Made by a program: the position numbers and the translations under genes | Part shown: positions 8,859 through 18,007 of the stretch, in pieces | How positions within the stretch are numbered: the stretch's first letter is position 1 | Layout of the letters: each line of letters starts with the position of its first letter | DNA from: Candidatus Gottesmanbacteria bacterium | GTDB lineage: Bacteria > Patescibacteriota > Microgenomatia > UBA10105 > UBA927 | Length of the DNA: 35,171 bases | NCBI GenBank assembly: GCA_963809665.1 | Contig: CAWEKC010000004.1 | Span: 1-35,171 of the forward strand | Direction of reading: 5' to 3' | Notes under the pieces: generated by a model | Told to the model about the DNA's origin: nothing | The model's input: only the letters and a program-made list of their open reading frames with translations | Database searches by the model: none

Positions 8859-9218
8859 TTACCACGTTTCTTCGGAAACGCAAGTGGGAGTGATGCGCAT
8901 CTGTTCGCGGGTAACCCCGTGGGCAAGACCGTACGCAATGGCCTCGGACAATATTTTAAAAACCTGTCCCGGGAACACGACAATAAGGATGTTAACATTG
9001 GGATCGGAAGGATAGAAGTGCGCATAAAACGGCTCTTTCAGAATATTTTTCAGAACATTTGATACAAAGGCAACTTCGTGTTCCGGAATGTCCATCTTGT
9101 ACATCGTCGACGACAGGGCAGTTCCGTCCTGATATTCCGTTTTTGAAAGTACGGTATATTTTTGGAGTAAACTTTTGTCTTTCAGCGATGCACCGATGAC
9201 GATGAGCCGGTAATTCAT
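8859..9218 (-). CDS. Hypothetical protein
   Basis: ORF with likely start MNYRLIVIG at 9218; FYAHFY and AIAYGLAHGV motifs. Confidence 0.65.
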   Translation of the reverse strand: MNYRLIVIGASLKDKSLLQKYTVLSKTEYQDGTALSSTMYKMDIPEHEVAFVSNVLKNILKEPFYAHFYPSDPNVNILIVVFPGQVFKILSEAIAYGLAHGVTREQMRITPTCVSEETW

Positions 9219-9264
9219 AGTACTAGTGATTTTAGTATGTAATAATGATATATACAATCGGCAG

Positions 9265-11529
9265 ATGATGAAAAGAATTTATCAGGTCATTTTTTTGATT
9301 ATTGTCGCCCTTTCCATCGTACCCGTCCGTACGCATGCGGCAGAACTAACGCGTCCTGCCATTACTGTCATCAATCCCGTCCGTGGGCCGGGATTGGGGC
9401 ATGAGACCGACGATTTAGTTGAAAGTTTGAAAGCCCAGTTCCAGGTGACGCGCGAGGCGGGAGTCCACGCGACGTGGTTATTCCAGTACGGGGCGCTTGA
9501 AGATGACGGCATGACGGGTTTTGCCAAAGGTGAGATGCAGGGCGAGGAATTCGGCTTGTTGTTTGAGATTGACCGTAACTTTGCCCAAAAATCGGGTGTC
9601 TCATTCCGCGGGCAGGGCCCGTGGTATACATCGGACGGATTATTCCTTATATCGTATGACAGAAGCGAACGGCGCAAATTAATTGATACGGCGTTTGCAA
9701 AATTTAAAAAAATATTCGGGTACTGGCCCAAAACAGTCGGCGCGTGGTGGATAGGCGGGGATTCATTGACGTACATGCAGGAGAGATACGGGATTACGGC
9801 TGCGATGCGCGCCGCAGACCAGTTTAACCTTGATTTTTATTCCATCTGGGGAACGCCATGGGATATCCCGTACCTTCCCTCGAAGGTCAATGAAGGCATA
9901 CCGGCGGTATCGTTTAACCGGAGTGCAAAAGTTGTCATCCTGCAGTGGGCAATCCGCGATCCGGTACGGGGATACGGCGATCCGCTCTACAGCCTGCAGG
10001 ATTTTCCGATGAAAGGTTATGCGTCGGCATACACCGATTATCTTGCTTCCGTATTTTTACGGGAACCGTCCGGGAACATGGTCATAGGGTTGGAGAACGG
10101 CGGGACGCTTGAGAAATTCCGGGAATATTATCAAACCATGCTGACGAAGGCCGTGGAAATTCAGGCATCCGGGTCCGCGGATATCCTGCTTGCACGGGAC
10201 TATGCAGACCGTTTCCTTTCACAAAAGAGCGTATTTGCCGGTACGCCGTATTTTCTTTCCACGGATTACAAAACCGGCGACCAGTCATTCTGGTACGTTA
10301 GCACGAACTTCCGCGCATTCATACTGAAAACGGGCGGCACGGTATCTTTAATAGATCTACGCAATTATACGGAAAAAACGGCGGAGGATTTTGCCGTTCT
10401 TCCCAACAGCGACAGCCACCTGCGGATTAACGAACCTACGGTTATCGATTCAATGCGGTCCCCTGGTATGAGCCTCCTCATCAAAACAACAAGCACCCCG
10501 CTCGCCATAAAGGAACAGGGGGACACTGTGGCGCTGTACTCAGGGGACGAAAAACTCGCCTCGTTTACCCCGACGGGTTTCACGGTGGACGGCGGAAAAA
10601 CATTTTCATTTGTCCGGCAAACTCAGGCGATGACACCGCTGCAGATTTTAATTGTCCTCTATATCCTCTATATGGGTTTTATCGCGGTCTATACAAAAAA
10701 TATCCGTACGGTATGGAGGGAATATACACAGCTCCTTATTCCGTTTGTACTGGCACTTACGTTTTTAACCGGCGGCACCACATTCCTGTTTGAAAAAAAA
10801 GAGATAGTGCTCCTCACGGGTATTTCACTCCTGCGACTTCCGGTACTCGTGACTTTTTATATAGCTAAAATCCTGCCGTTTATCATATTGTTTGTTCTCC
10901 ATTATGTGTATATGGTGAAACGCCCCCTGAAAAAGAACACGTTTTCGTTTTGGGGGTACTACGCGCTGACAATAATTCTGTATCTTCATGTGCCGTATTT
11001 CCCGCTTGATAAAACAACGTATACGGCAGTCGGAATAACTTTTACGGTTATTGCAGTCATACTCGTGGTCGCGGCTGTCTACATATACAGAAAGAACCGG
11101 ACCAAACGGGTTGCGGTAACCTGTGCAATTACCGTTCCCGTCATTCTTTTCGTTATCGCCCTTACCGTCGGGGTATCCAGAAGCACGTATGCCGTGACCC
11201 CGTTTGAACTTCAGGCACTGAAGGAAATACGCAGTCGCAAGAAGGACGTCGTATATGTGGAACAGGTGGATTATTCCGTACGGCCGATATATAAAGCGGT
11301 CCGGCCGCTTCTTTATGCAAATTATCAGCTGGTACAGCTCTTAACCGGCCGGAAATGGGACGTCGTAATGCGGCCCGAGAGCAATGTGCTGAAGCTTACG
11401 GAGTACGCTGATAAGATTATCGTCGTTCCCAGATATCTGGGATCGGATCTGTCGGACTATGAAATGACGACGCTTGGGTTAACCAAAATTTTCGACAATG
11501 CGCAGATCGCGTCGTATGTGAAACAATAA
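9265..11529 (+). CDS. Exported carbohydrate deacetylase/glycoside hydrolase-like barrel domain fused to a C-terminal multi-TM region
   Basis: Signal peptide; ATWLFQY, EFGLLFE, 'LIDTAFAKFKKIFGYWPKTVGAW' (NodB/GH57-like pattern); several TM helices after ~aa 460. Confidence 0.55.
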   Translation: MMKRIYQVIFLIIVALSIVPVRTHAAELTRPAITVINPVRGPGLGHETDDLVESLKAQFQVTREAGVHATWLFQYGALEDDGMTGFAKGEMQGEEFGLLFEIDRNFAQKSGVSFRGQGPWYTSDGLFLISYDRSERRKLIDTAFAKFKKIFGYWPKTVGAWWIGGDSLTYMQERYGITAAMRAADQFNLDFYSIWGTPWDIPYLPSKVNEGIPAVSFNRSAKVVILQWAIRDPVRGYGDPLYSLQDFPMKGYASAYTDYLASVFLREPSGNMVIGLENGGTLEKFREYYQTMLTKAVEIQASGSADILLARDYADRFLSQKSVFAGTPYFLSTDYKTGDQSFWYVSTNFRAFILKTGGTVSLIDLRNYTEKTAEDFAVLPNSDSHLRINEPTVIDSMRSPGMSLLIKTTSTPLAIKEQGDTVALYSGDEKLASFTPTGFTVDGGKTFSFVRQTQAMTPLQILIVLYILYMGFIAVYTKNIRTVWREYTQLLIPFVLALTFLTGGTTFLFEKKEIVLLTGISLLRLPVLVTFYIAKILPFIILFVLHYVYMVKRPLKKNTFSFWGYYALTIILYLHVPYFPLDKTTYTAVGITFTVIAVILVVAAVYIYRKNRTKRVAVTCAITVPVILFVIALTVGVSRSTYAVTPFELQALKEIRSRKKDVVYVEQVDYSVRPIYKAVRPLLYANYQLVQLLTGRKWDVVMRPESNVLKLTEYADKIIVVPRYLGSDLSDYEMTTLGLTKIFDNAQIASYVKQ

Positions 11530-11576
11530 CGCATTTCCTTACTGTCTCGTATCCCTGATATAATAAAGAAAACTGT

Positions 11577-14408
11577 ATGGCGGAACCTTTGACGTTCAAA
11601 CCGGTAATTGCAGCTGTCAATTTTCCCGAACTTGAAGAGCGGGTGCTCAAATACTGGAAAGACAATAAAATTTTTGAAAAATCCGTCGAGTCACGCCCTG
11701 TTGACAAAACGTGGACGTTTCTGGACGGTCCGCCGTTTATTACCGGACTGCCGCACTACGGAACGCTCCTGTCCAGCATCCCGAAAGATTTATTCCCCCG
11801 CTACTGGACCATGAAAGGCTATCGAGTTAGACGAGTGTGGGGTTGGGACTGCCACGGTCTGCCGGCGGAAAATAAAGTCGAAGCGAAGCTTCATATCAAG
11901 CGGAAAAAGGACATAGAGACGACCATCGGCGTTGCGAAATTCATTGACGAATGTAAATCCTACGTACAGCAAGTTTCCGGTGAATGGGAATGGTATGTGG
12001 ATCACATAGGCCGGTGGGCGGATTTCAAAAACGCATACAGGACCATGGATACCGATTATATGGAAACGGTGATGTGGGTGTTTAAACAGATGCATAAGAA
12101 TAGACTCATTTATAAGGGCCTGCGCGTTTCGCTGTACTGCCCGCACGACGTGACCCCGATTTCCAACTTTGAAGTGGCCATGGATCCGGACAACTACAAG
12201 GAAATTACCGAACCTGCCGCCGTATTTATGTATAAATCGGTTGACCAGCCCGACACGTATTTTCTCGCATGGAGCACGACACCGTGGAACAAAATCGCCA
12301 CACCGGCCCTTGCCGTCAACCCTAAACTGGTTTACGTCAAAGTCCTGCAGGGGCATGACAAGTATATTTTAGCCAAATCAAGGCTGAAAATGCTCTCCGA
12401 CAAACCATATAAAATCCTTGACGAGTTTGCGGGGAAGACGCTCGTCGGTAAAAAATTTGCCCTGCATTACCATTTCTACAAAATTGATGAGGGTAAAAAA
12501 GCCGGTGTCATCATTCCGGCCGATTTCGTGACCGCCGAAGAGGGGACAGGTATTGTCACGATAGCCGCCTACGGGGAAGAGGATCTGGGGGTCATGCAGA
12601 AGGAAAACATCCAGATCGTCCAGCATGTGGACGAAGAAGGGATCATGAAACCCGAAGTACCCAAATGGGCAGGTAAATATTATCTGGACGTTGATCCCTT
12701 GGTTATCGAAGATCTCAAAAAACGGGGGCTTCTCTACCGCGTTGACGACTATACCCATCCCGTGCCCACGTGCTGGCGGTGCCACACACGCCTGATATAT
12801 GCGCCGCAGGACGCGTGGTATGTGAATATCCAGTCGCTGAAGGCAAAAATGAAGGCGACCAACGAAAAAGTAAACTGGTTTCCCTCTCATTTCAAATACG
12901 GCCGGTATCTCAAGAGCCTCGAGAATGCACCGGACTGGTGCATTTCACGCAGCCGCTATTGGGGTTCACCGGTGCCGGTGTGGGAATGCAAAAACGGGCA
13001 TATGTTCGTGCCGGGGTCTATTGCGGAATTAGAAGAAGCGTCAGCCTCCGTTACCATCACCGATCTTCATAAACCCAGTATAGATGAGGTTACCGTGAAG
13101 TGCAAGGAATGCGGTGAACAAGCAAAACGTGTAACCGAAGTTCTCGATAGTTGGATTGAGGCAGGAAGCGCTCCGTTCGCCGAGCGTCATTTCCCTTTTA
13201 ACAAAGAAGTGAAACTCGAAGCATTTTTTCCTCCTGATTTCATTGCAGAATACACGGGACAGATCCGCGCATGGTTTTACGTCCTGCACGTGATCGCAAC
13301 AGCCATTTACGATTCGGAGGCGTTCAAAAACGTGCTGGTTACCGGCGTCATTTTGGGATCTGACGGCCGGAAGATGAGCAAAAACTACAACAATTATCCG
13401 GACCCGAAGGAAATGCTTCTCAAATACGGCGGGGATGCGCTGCGGCTGTATCTTCTGGGATGCCCGGTCATGCACGGGGAGGATATCCGTATTTCGGAAC
13501 TGGACTACCGCAATCAGGTGAAGGGGATGCTCCTCCTTTTATGGAACGTCTATAATTTTTTCGTCACGTATGCAGCAATTGATAAATGGTCGCCATCTGC
13601 GGATGTTAAACCTGCACAGGTATTGGATAGGTGGATCCTATCGCGTCTCAACGGGACGGTCCGCGACATTACAAAAAACGGATATGAAGCATTTGATACG
13701 CCCGTTATCGTAGGAACAGCATGGAGTTTTATGCAGGACCTGTCTTTGTGGTACGTCCGGCGCATACGCGCCCGTGTTGGTCCGTCCGCATCGGACGATA
13801 AGGACAAGAATGACGCATATCAGACGCTGTGGACCGTTTTAACGACATATACGAAAATTCTTGCGCCCCTTATTCCGTTTGTGACGGAAGAAATGTACCG
13901 GAATCTGACAGGAGAGGAATCGGTGCATTTAGCCATGTGGCCGGAAGCCGGTGATGTGGATTCAAAATTAGAAAAAGAAATGGCAGACGGAAGAATGGTC
14001 GTCTCTGCGGCACTGGCTGGACGTAAATTGCATACCGTTAAGGTACGGATACCGCTGCGAAAACTTACGTATTCGGGACCAAAAGAATTAACGGATGAGG
14101 TTAAGAACATCGTATTATCCGAAGCAAATATTTATGAATTAACGTTCACAAAAGAAACGAAAGATTTTGGTGTTGATGGGGTATGGAATGAGCCAAATCA
14201 AGATATACAGGCCGGTGAGGCCCGCGAACTTGTGCGGGAAATACAGAAACTGAGAAAAGAAAAAGGTTGTACAATAGATGCTCATATTACGCTTGTGTTG
14301 CCGAAAGACACGCAGACGCTGTCTAAGGACCTGCTTGATGGGATTAAAAAGGAAACGCTGGCGGATACCATTACATGGGGCGACGCACTTACCATATCGA
14401 CTGGATAA
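11577..14408 (+). CDS. ileS: Isoleucine--tRNA ligase (type 2, eukaryote/archaea-like)
   Basis: DGPPF..GLPHYG, WGWDCHGLP, DWCISRSRYWG, KMSK; no C-terminal Zn finger. Confidence 0.97.
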   Translation: MAEPLTFKPVIAAVNFPELEERVLKYWKDNKIFEKSVESRPVDKTWTFLDGPPFITGLPHYGTLLSSIPKDLFPRYWTMKGYRVRRVWGWDCHGLPAENKVEAKLHIKRKKDIETTIGVAKFIDECKSYVQQVSGEWEWYVDHIGRWADFKNAYRTMDTDYMETVMWVFKQMHKNRLIYKGLRVSLYCPHDVTPISNFEVAMDPDNYKEITEPAAVFMYKSVDQPDTYFLAWSTTPWNKIATPALAVNPKLVYVKVLQGHDKYILAKSRLKMLSDKPYKILDEFAGKTLVGKKFALHYHFYKIDEGKKAGVIIPADFVTAEEGTGIVTIAAYGEEDLGVMQKENIQIVQHVDEEGIMKPEVPKWAGKYYLDVDPLVIEDLKKRGLLYRVDDYTHPVPTCWRCHTRLIYAPQDAWYVNIQSLKAKMKATNEKVNWFPSHFKYGRYLKSLENAPDWCISRSRYWGSPVPVWECKNGHMFVPGSIAELEEASASVTITDLHKPSIDEVTVKCKECGEQAKRVTEVLDSWIEAGSAPFAERHFPFNKEVKLEAFFPPDFIAEYTGQIRAWFYVLHVIATAIYDSEAFKNVLVTGVILGSDGRKMSKNYNNYPDPKEMLLKYGGDALRLYLLGCPVMHGEDIRISELDYRNQVKGMLLLLWNVYNFFVTYAAIDKWSPSADVKPAQVLDRWILSRLNGTVRDITKNGYEAFDTPVIVGTAWSFMQDLSLWYVRRIRARVGPSASDDKDKNDAYQTLWTVLTTYTKILAPLIPFVTEEMYRNLTGEESVHLAMWPEAGDVDSKLEKEMADGRMVVSAALAGRKLHTVKVRIPLRKLTYSGPKELTDEVKNIVLSEANIYELTFTKETKDFGVDGVWNEPNQDIQAGEARELVREIQKLRKEKGCTIDAHITLVLPKDTQTLSKDLLDGIKKETLADTITWGDALTISTG

Positions 14409-15466
14409 CGGCACTCATTCTATTGTGCCTCGGATCGTTCGGACTTTTTATACTTCTCACGATCGGGCCGTCATATTTCGTGCCGCAGTTGTTGTTTATC
14501 ATACTCGGATTTATCCTCCTTTTCGTAATTTCCTCCATTGATCCCGTCATCCTGTGGTGGTTTGCGCCGATAGGGTATGTCCTTTCCAACATATTTCTGG
14601 CGATGTCGTATCTGGGCCCCCACATCCGGGGCGCAACGCGCTGGATTGTCGTATTCGGCGCGCAGATCCAGCCGTCGGAATTTGTCAAACCGTTTTTGCT
14701 TCTGGCGTTTGCCCATTTCATGACCCGGTATACGCCGAGAAATATACGCAATGTCCCACTTCTCTTTGCCTTGTTTATCCTGCCGTTTTTGCTGGTCCTT
14801 CGCCAGCCCGACCTCGGAACAAGCCTCGTGTACGCAGGGTTTTGGGGATCGATGCTGCTGGCCGGAGGATTAAACGTCGGGATCTTTTTGGCGGGTGCAG
14901 CGGGACTTTCTATCATGCTGCCTTTTATATGGAAGCATCTGGCGCCTTACCAGCAATCGAGGATCCTTACGTTTTTAAACCCGTCCCTTGACCCGAAGGG
15001 CGCCGGATACAACGCACTGCAGGCGATGATTGCCGTGGGAAGCGGTCAGTGGTGGGGGCGCGGGCTGGGGCGCGGCACGCAGTCGCACCTGCGGTTTTTA
15101 CCGGAATTCCATACGGATTTTATATTCGCAACACTGGTAGAGGAGCTGGGTTTTATGGGAGGGATGCTGCTTCTTGCCGGGTACGCTTACCTCCTGTTTC
15201 GGATTATATCGCCGGTTATACGGGGGATAATTACCGATACCCGCGTTTTTATCTATTCATTCGGTCTGTTTGCGATGTTGCTGTCGCAAATATTCATCAA
15301 TGTCGGTATGAACATGGGGCTTATTCCCATCACAGGTATTACACTGCCGTTCGTGTCGTACGGCGGCAGTTCAATCCTTTCGACCGCGGTTGCGTTCGGT
15401 CTGCTTTGGGCGTTATCACGCACTGCAGATAGCGGATCCGGCGTTGCAATCACGCACCGTTCCTGA
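14375..15466 (+). CDS. rodA: SEDS-family rod shape-determining protein RodA
   Basis: GATRW, QPSEFVK, QPDLGT, PEFHTDFIF, GITLPFVSYGGSS. Confidence 0.9.
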   Translation: MGRRTYHIDWITALILLCLGSFGLFILLTIGPSYFVPQLLFIILGFILLFVISSIDPVILWWFAPIGYVLSNIFLAMSYLGPHIRGATRWIVVFGAQIQPSEFVKPFLLLAFAHFMTRYTPRNIRNVPLLFALFILPFLLVLRQPDLGTSLVYAGFWGSMLLAGGLNVGIFLAGAAGLSIMLPFIWKHLAPYQQSRILTFLNPSLDPKGAGYNALQAMIAVGSGQWWGRGLGRGTQSHLRFLPEFHTDFIFATLVEELGFMGGMLLLAGYAYLLFRIISPVIRGIITDTRVFIYSFGLFAMLLSQIFINVGMNMGLIPITGITLPFVSYGGSSILSTAVAFGLLWALSRTADSGSGVAITHRS

Positions 15467-15472
15467 TAAAAT
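15464..15472 (+). promoter_or_regulatory. Extended -10 promoter (TGATAAAAT) for rplU; the TGA is also the rodA stop codon
   Basis: TGA-TAAAAT-aacccgt-ATG(15480). Confidence 0.55.
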
Positions 15473-15479
15473 AACCCGT

Positions 15480-15788
15480 ATGTTTGCTGTTGTTGAAATT
15501 TCCGGAAAACAATTTCGTGTCGCTGTTGGCGACGTCATTGATGCCTCTTATATCGAAGGAAAAGAGGGTACGGCGCTCACGTTTGACCGTGTTTTGCTGG
15601 TTTCAGATGGTAAAAAGAACCGGATAGGCACGCCCACGGTGAAAGGGATTGCCGTAAAGGCAAAAATTGTAGCGCAAGCAAAAGGGGAAAAACTCAACGT
15701 CCGCCGGTATAAACAGAAGGTTCGCTACCGCAAGTCCACAGGATTCCGCCCGCTGGTTACGAAACTGGAAATACTCTCAATCGGATAA
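15480..15788 (+). CDS. rplU: 50S ribosomal protein L21
   Basis: MFAVVEISGKQFRV..IGTPTV..YRKSTGFRP; ATG at 15480. Confidence 0.95.
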   Translation: MFAVVEISGKQFRVAVGDVIDASYIEGKEGTALTFDRVLLVSDGKKNRIGTPTVKGIAVKAKIVAQAKGEKLNVRRYKQKVRYRKSTGFRPLVTKLEILSIG

Positions 15789-15793
15789 GAACC

Positions 15794-16930
15794 ATGACTT
15801 CCTATTTATTTATTCTCGGGCGCACACCCGAACTGGCATTTGCCGAACTACGGACGTTCTTTCCGGCTATAGCAAGGATTACCCCGGATGTTGCAATGGC
15901 AGATGCCGTGTTTCCTGTTCCCGCTGCGACTATACTCTCACGTCTCGGAGGTACGGTAAAAATAGTTCAAAAACTCGGTGATGTCGCTGAAATTACACCC
16001 ATTGCCCTGGCACCGTTTTTCGACGCGGCTCACGGACGCTTTTCGTACGGAATAAGCGGCTACGGCGGGAGTAAAAAGGTTACACGGCAATTTTTGGAGG
16101 ACGTCAAACAGCTTTTTGAGGGCAGGGGAATTTCCGTACGGTTTGTGGAATCGCGCGACGGTGCAACACTCTCCAGCGTCGTTGTGGAAAAAAACGATTT
16201 GCAGGAACTTATAATTGTAAAAACAATATCCGGATATATCATCGGGCGCACAGTTGCAGTTCAGCCGTTTGACCAGTGGGGTGAGCGCGATTTCGGCCGT
16301 CCGCATGCGGATCCCAAAGCGGGAATGCTCCCGCCCAAAGTATCACGCATGGCTGTCAATATTGCCGACAGATCGAGGGGAGTGGCCCAAGCGCTGTCCC
16401 AAAAAACGCTTCTTGACCCGTTTTGCGGTATGGGCACGATCCTTTCAGAAGGCCTGGTTATGGGTTGGAACGTCATCGGCGGCGACCAGTCCGCGGACGT
16501 TATCGAGAAAGCCAGGAAAAATCTGCAATGGCTCATACAAAAATATTCCGATATGGGAGTCACATACCGGCTTCACGTTTCCGATGCCGTGCACATTTCC
16601 GGTTCAGTTGACAAAGGTACTGTTGATGCGGTTGTCACGGAACCGTTTATGGGAAATACCACAATTAAAGCGGGCGACGTAAAAAACGTGATAAAAGGCC
16701 TGGAGAAACTGTATATCGGCTGTTTACGGGATTGGGCACGGGTGCTCAAGCCCGGCGGCGTAGTCATGATGGCTCTCCCCATGTATCAAATTAACGGGAA
16801 AACCTACTTCGTGAAAAAAGTTATTGACATGTGTGAAACGCTTGGGTATACTATCGAGACAGGACCCATAGAATACAGTCGTCCGCAGGCAATTGTGAAA
16901 CGCGTATTCTATTTATTTCAAAAAATCTAA
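15794..16930 (+). CDS. Trm11/TrmG10-like SAM-dependent RNA methyltransferase
   Basis: N-terminal FILGRTPELAFAEL; RD..RP....GMLPPKVSRMAVN; LLDPFCGMGTIL; VVTEPFMG. Confidence 0.75.
   Translation: MTSYLFILGRTPELAFAELRTFFPAIARITPDVAMADAVFPVPAATILSRLGGTVKIVQKLGDVAEITPIALAPFFDAAHGRFSYGISGYGGSKKVTRQFLEDVKQLFEGRGISVRFVESRDGATLSSVVVEKNDLQELIIVKTISGYIIGRTVAVQPFDQWGERDFGRPHADPKAGMLPPKVSRMAVNIADRSRGVAQALSQKTLLDPFCGMGTILSEGLVMGWNVIGGDQSADVIEKARKNLQWLIQKYSDMGVTYRLHVSDAVHISGSVDKGTVDAVVTEPFMGNTTIKAGDVKNVIKGLEKLYIGCLRDWARVLKPGGVVMMALPMYQINGKTYFVKKVIDMCETLGYTIETGPIEYSRPQAIVKRVFYLFQKI
16824..16852 (+). promoter_or_regulatory. Near-consensus sigma70 promoter TTGACA-N17-TATACT inside the methyltransferase gene, upstream of rpmA
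   Basis: TTGACA 16824-16829, TATACT 16847-16852. Confidence 0.7.
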
Positions 16931-16932
16931 CT

Positions 16933-17190
16933 ATGGCACACGTAAAAGCAGGCGGCACAGCAGCAGGAAACAAGGATTCGGTTTCCAAACGTCTCGGCGT
17001 TAAGGTATACGGCGGTCAGATTGCACAACCGGGCAGCATAATCGTAAGGCAAAAAGGCACGAAGGTGTTTCCGGGAACCGGCGTACGGTTAGGAAAAGAT
17101 TTCACAATTTATTCGATCGTCAAAGGAGTCGTCACTTTTTCACAGAAACTGGGAAAGAAAGTAGTATCGGTCCTGCCCGCACAAACATAA
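16933..17190 (+). CDS. rpmA: 50S ribosomal protein L27
   Basis: MAHVKAGG..KRLGVK..GSIIVRQKGT..GKDFTI. Confidence 0.97.
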   Translation: MAHVKAGGTAAGNKDSVSKRLGVKVYGGQIAQPGSIIVRQKGTKVFPGTGVRLGKDFTIYSIVKGVVTFSQKLGKKVVSVLPAQT

Positions 17191-17193
17191 GCC

Positions 17194-18006
17194 ATGGCTG
17201 ACACACAACAGGTTCTGCATCTGGACGTTGACGTCATACAATCAAACCCTCTTCAGCCCCGTGGTCTTATTTCCCCTGAATCGATCACTGAACTCGTAAG
17301 TTCCATCAAAGAGCACGGAATCATAGAACCGCTGGTCGTGGCAAAAACGCCCGCCGGCTATCAATTAATCGCCGGGGAGCGACGCTGGAGGGCAGCCAAA
17401 CAGGCAGGACTTTCAACCGTACCGGTGATTGTCCGTGAGACGACGGCCCGCGGGATGCTCGAGATGGCCATCGTGGAAAATGTCCAACGTGAGGATTTGA
17501 ATCCCATTGAGCGGGCGCAGGCATTCCAACGCCTCATCGAAGAATTCGGTCTTCCGGTTTCGGAAATTGCAAAGCGTGTGGGCAAGAGCGAATCGTACGT
17601 CAGCAATACCATGCGGTTAATGGCGCTGCCGGATGCGATTAAAGACGGCCTTATTTCCGGCGCGATTACCGAAGGCCACGCACGGGCAATCGCTGGCCTC
17701 GGAGAAGTGAAACTCATGGTTGAGGCCTACAAAACAATTTTGTCGGAAAGCGCATCGGTGCGCCGGGCCGAAGATCTGGCCAGACGGCTAAAAGCCCAGA
17801 TGAATAAAACACCCATTCACAGGGTGGAGCGCATTCACAGCGACGAATTGGATGCAATGGCGAAAGATCTGGCGCAGGCAGTCAACGGGCTCGTAAAAAT
17901 AACGCAGTCGAAAGTCGAAGCGCGGCTCGTATTTGTTATCCGCGGAAACCTGGAAAGCACAAGCAAAATCCTCAAAACAATCCACGAACACCTCGGAAAG
18001 AAATAA
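17194..18006 (+). CDS. parB: ParB/Spo0J chromosome partitioning protein
   Basis: NPLQPR, LIAGERRWRA, ENVQREDLNPIE, HTH region, ITEGHARA. Confidence 0.93.
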   Translation: MADTQQVLHLDVDVIQSNPLQPRGLISPESITELVSSIKEHGIIEPLVVAKTPAGYQLIAGERRWRAAKQAGLSTVPVIVRETTARGMLEMAIVENVQREDLNPIERAQAFQRLIEEFGLPVSEIAKRVGKSESYVSNTMRLMALPDAIKDGLISGAITEGHARAIAGLGEVKLMVEAYKTILSESASVRRAEDLARRLKAQMNKTPIHRVERIHSDELDAMAKDLAQAVNGLVKITQSKVEARLVFVIRGNLESTSKILKTIHEHLGKK

Positions 18007-18007
18007 A

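Noticed and set aside
8865-8880. CGTTTC-TTCG-GAAACG palindrome resembling parS arms or a UUCG hairpin
   Set aside because: Core differs from parS (TGTTTCACGTGAAACA), it is a single copy, and it lies within a minus-strand CDS
15390-15479. N-terminal extension on L21 shown in the ORF track
   Set aside because: It overlaps rodA; the canonical L21 start MFAVVE is at 15480, right after a -10 box
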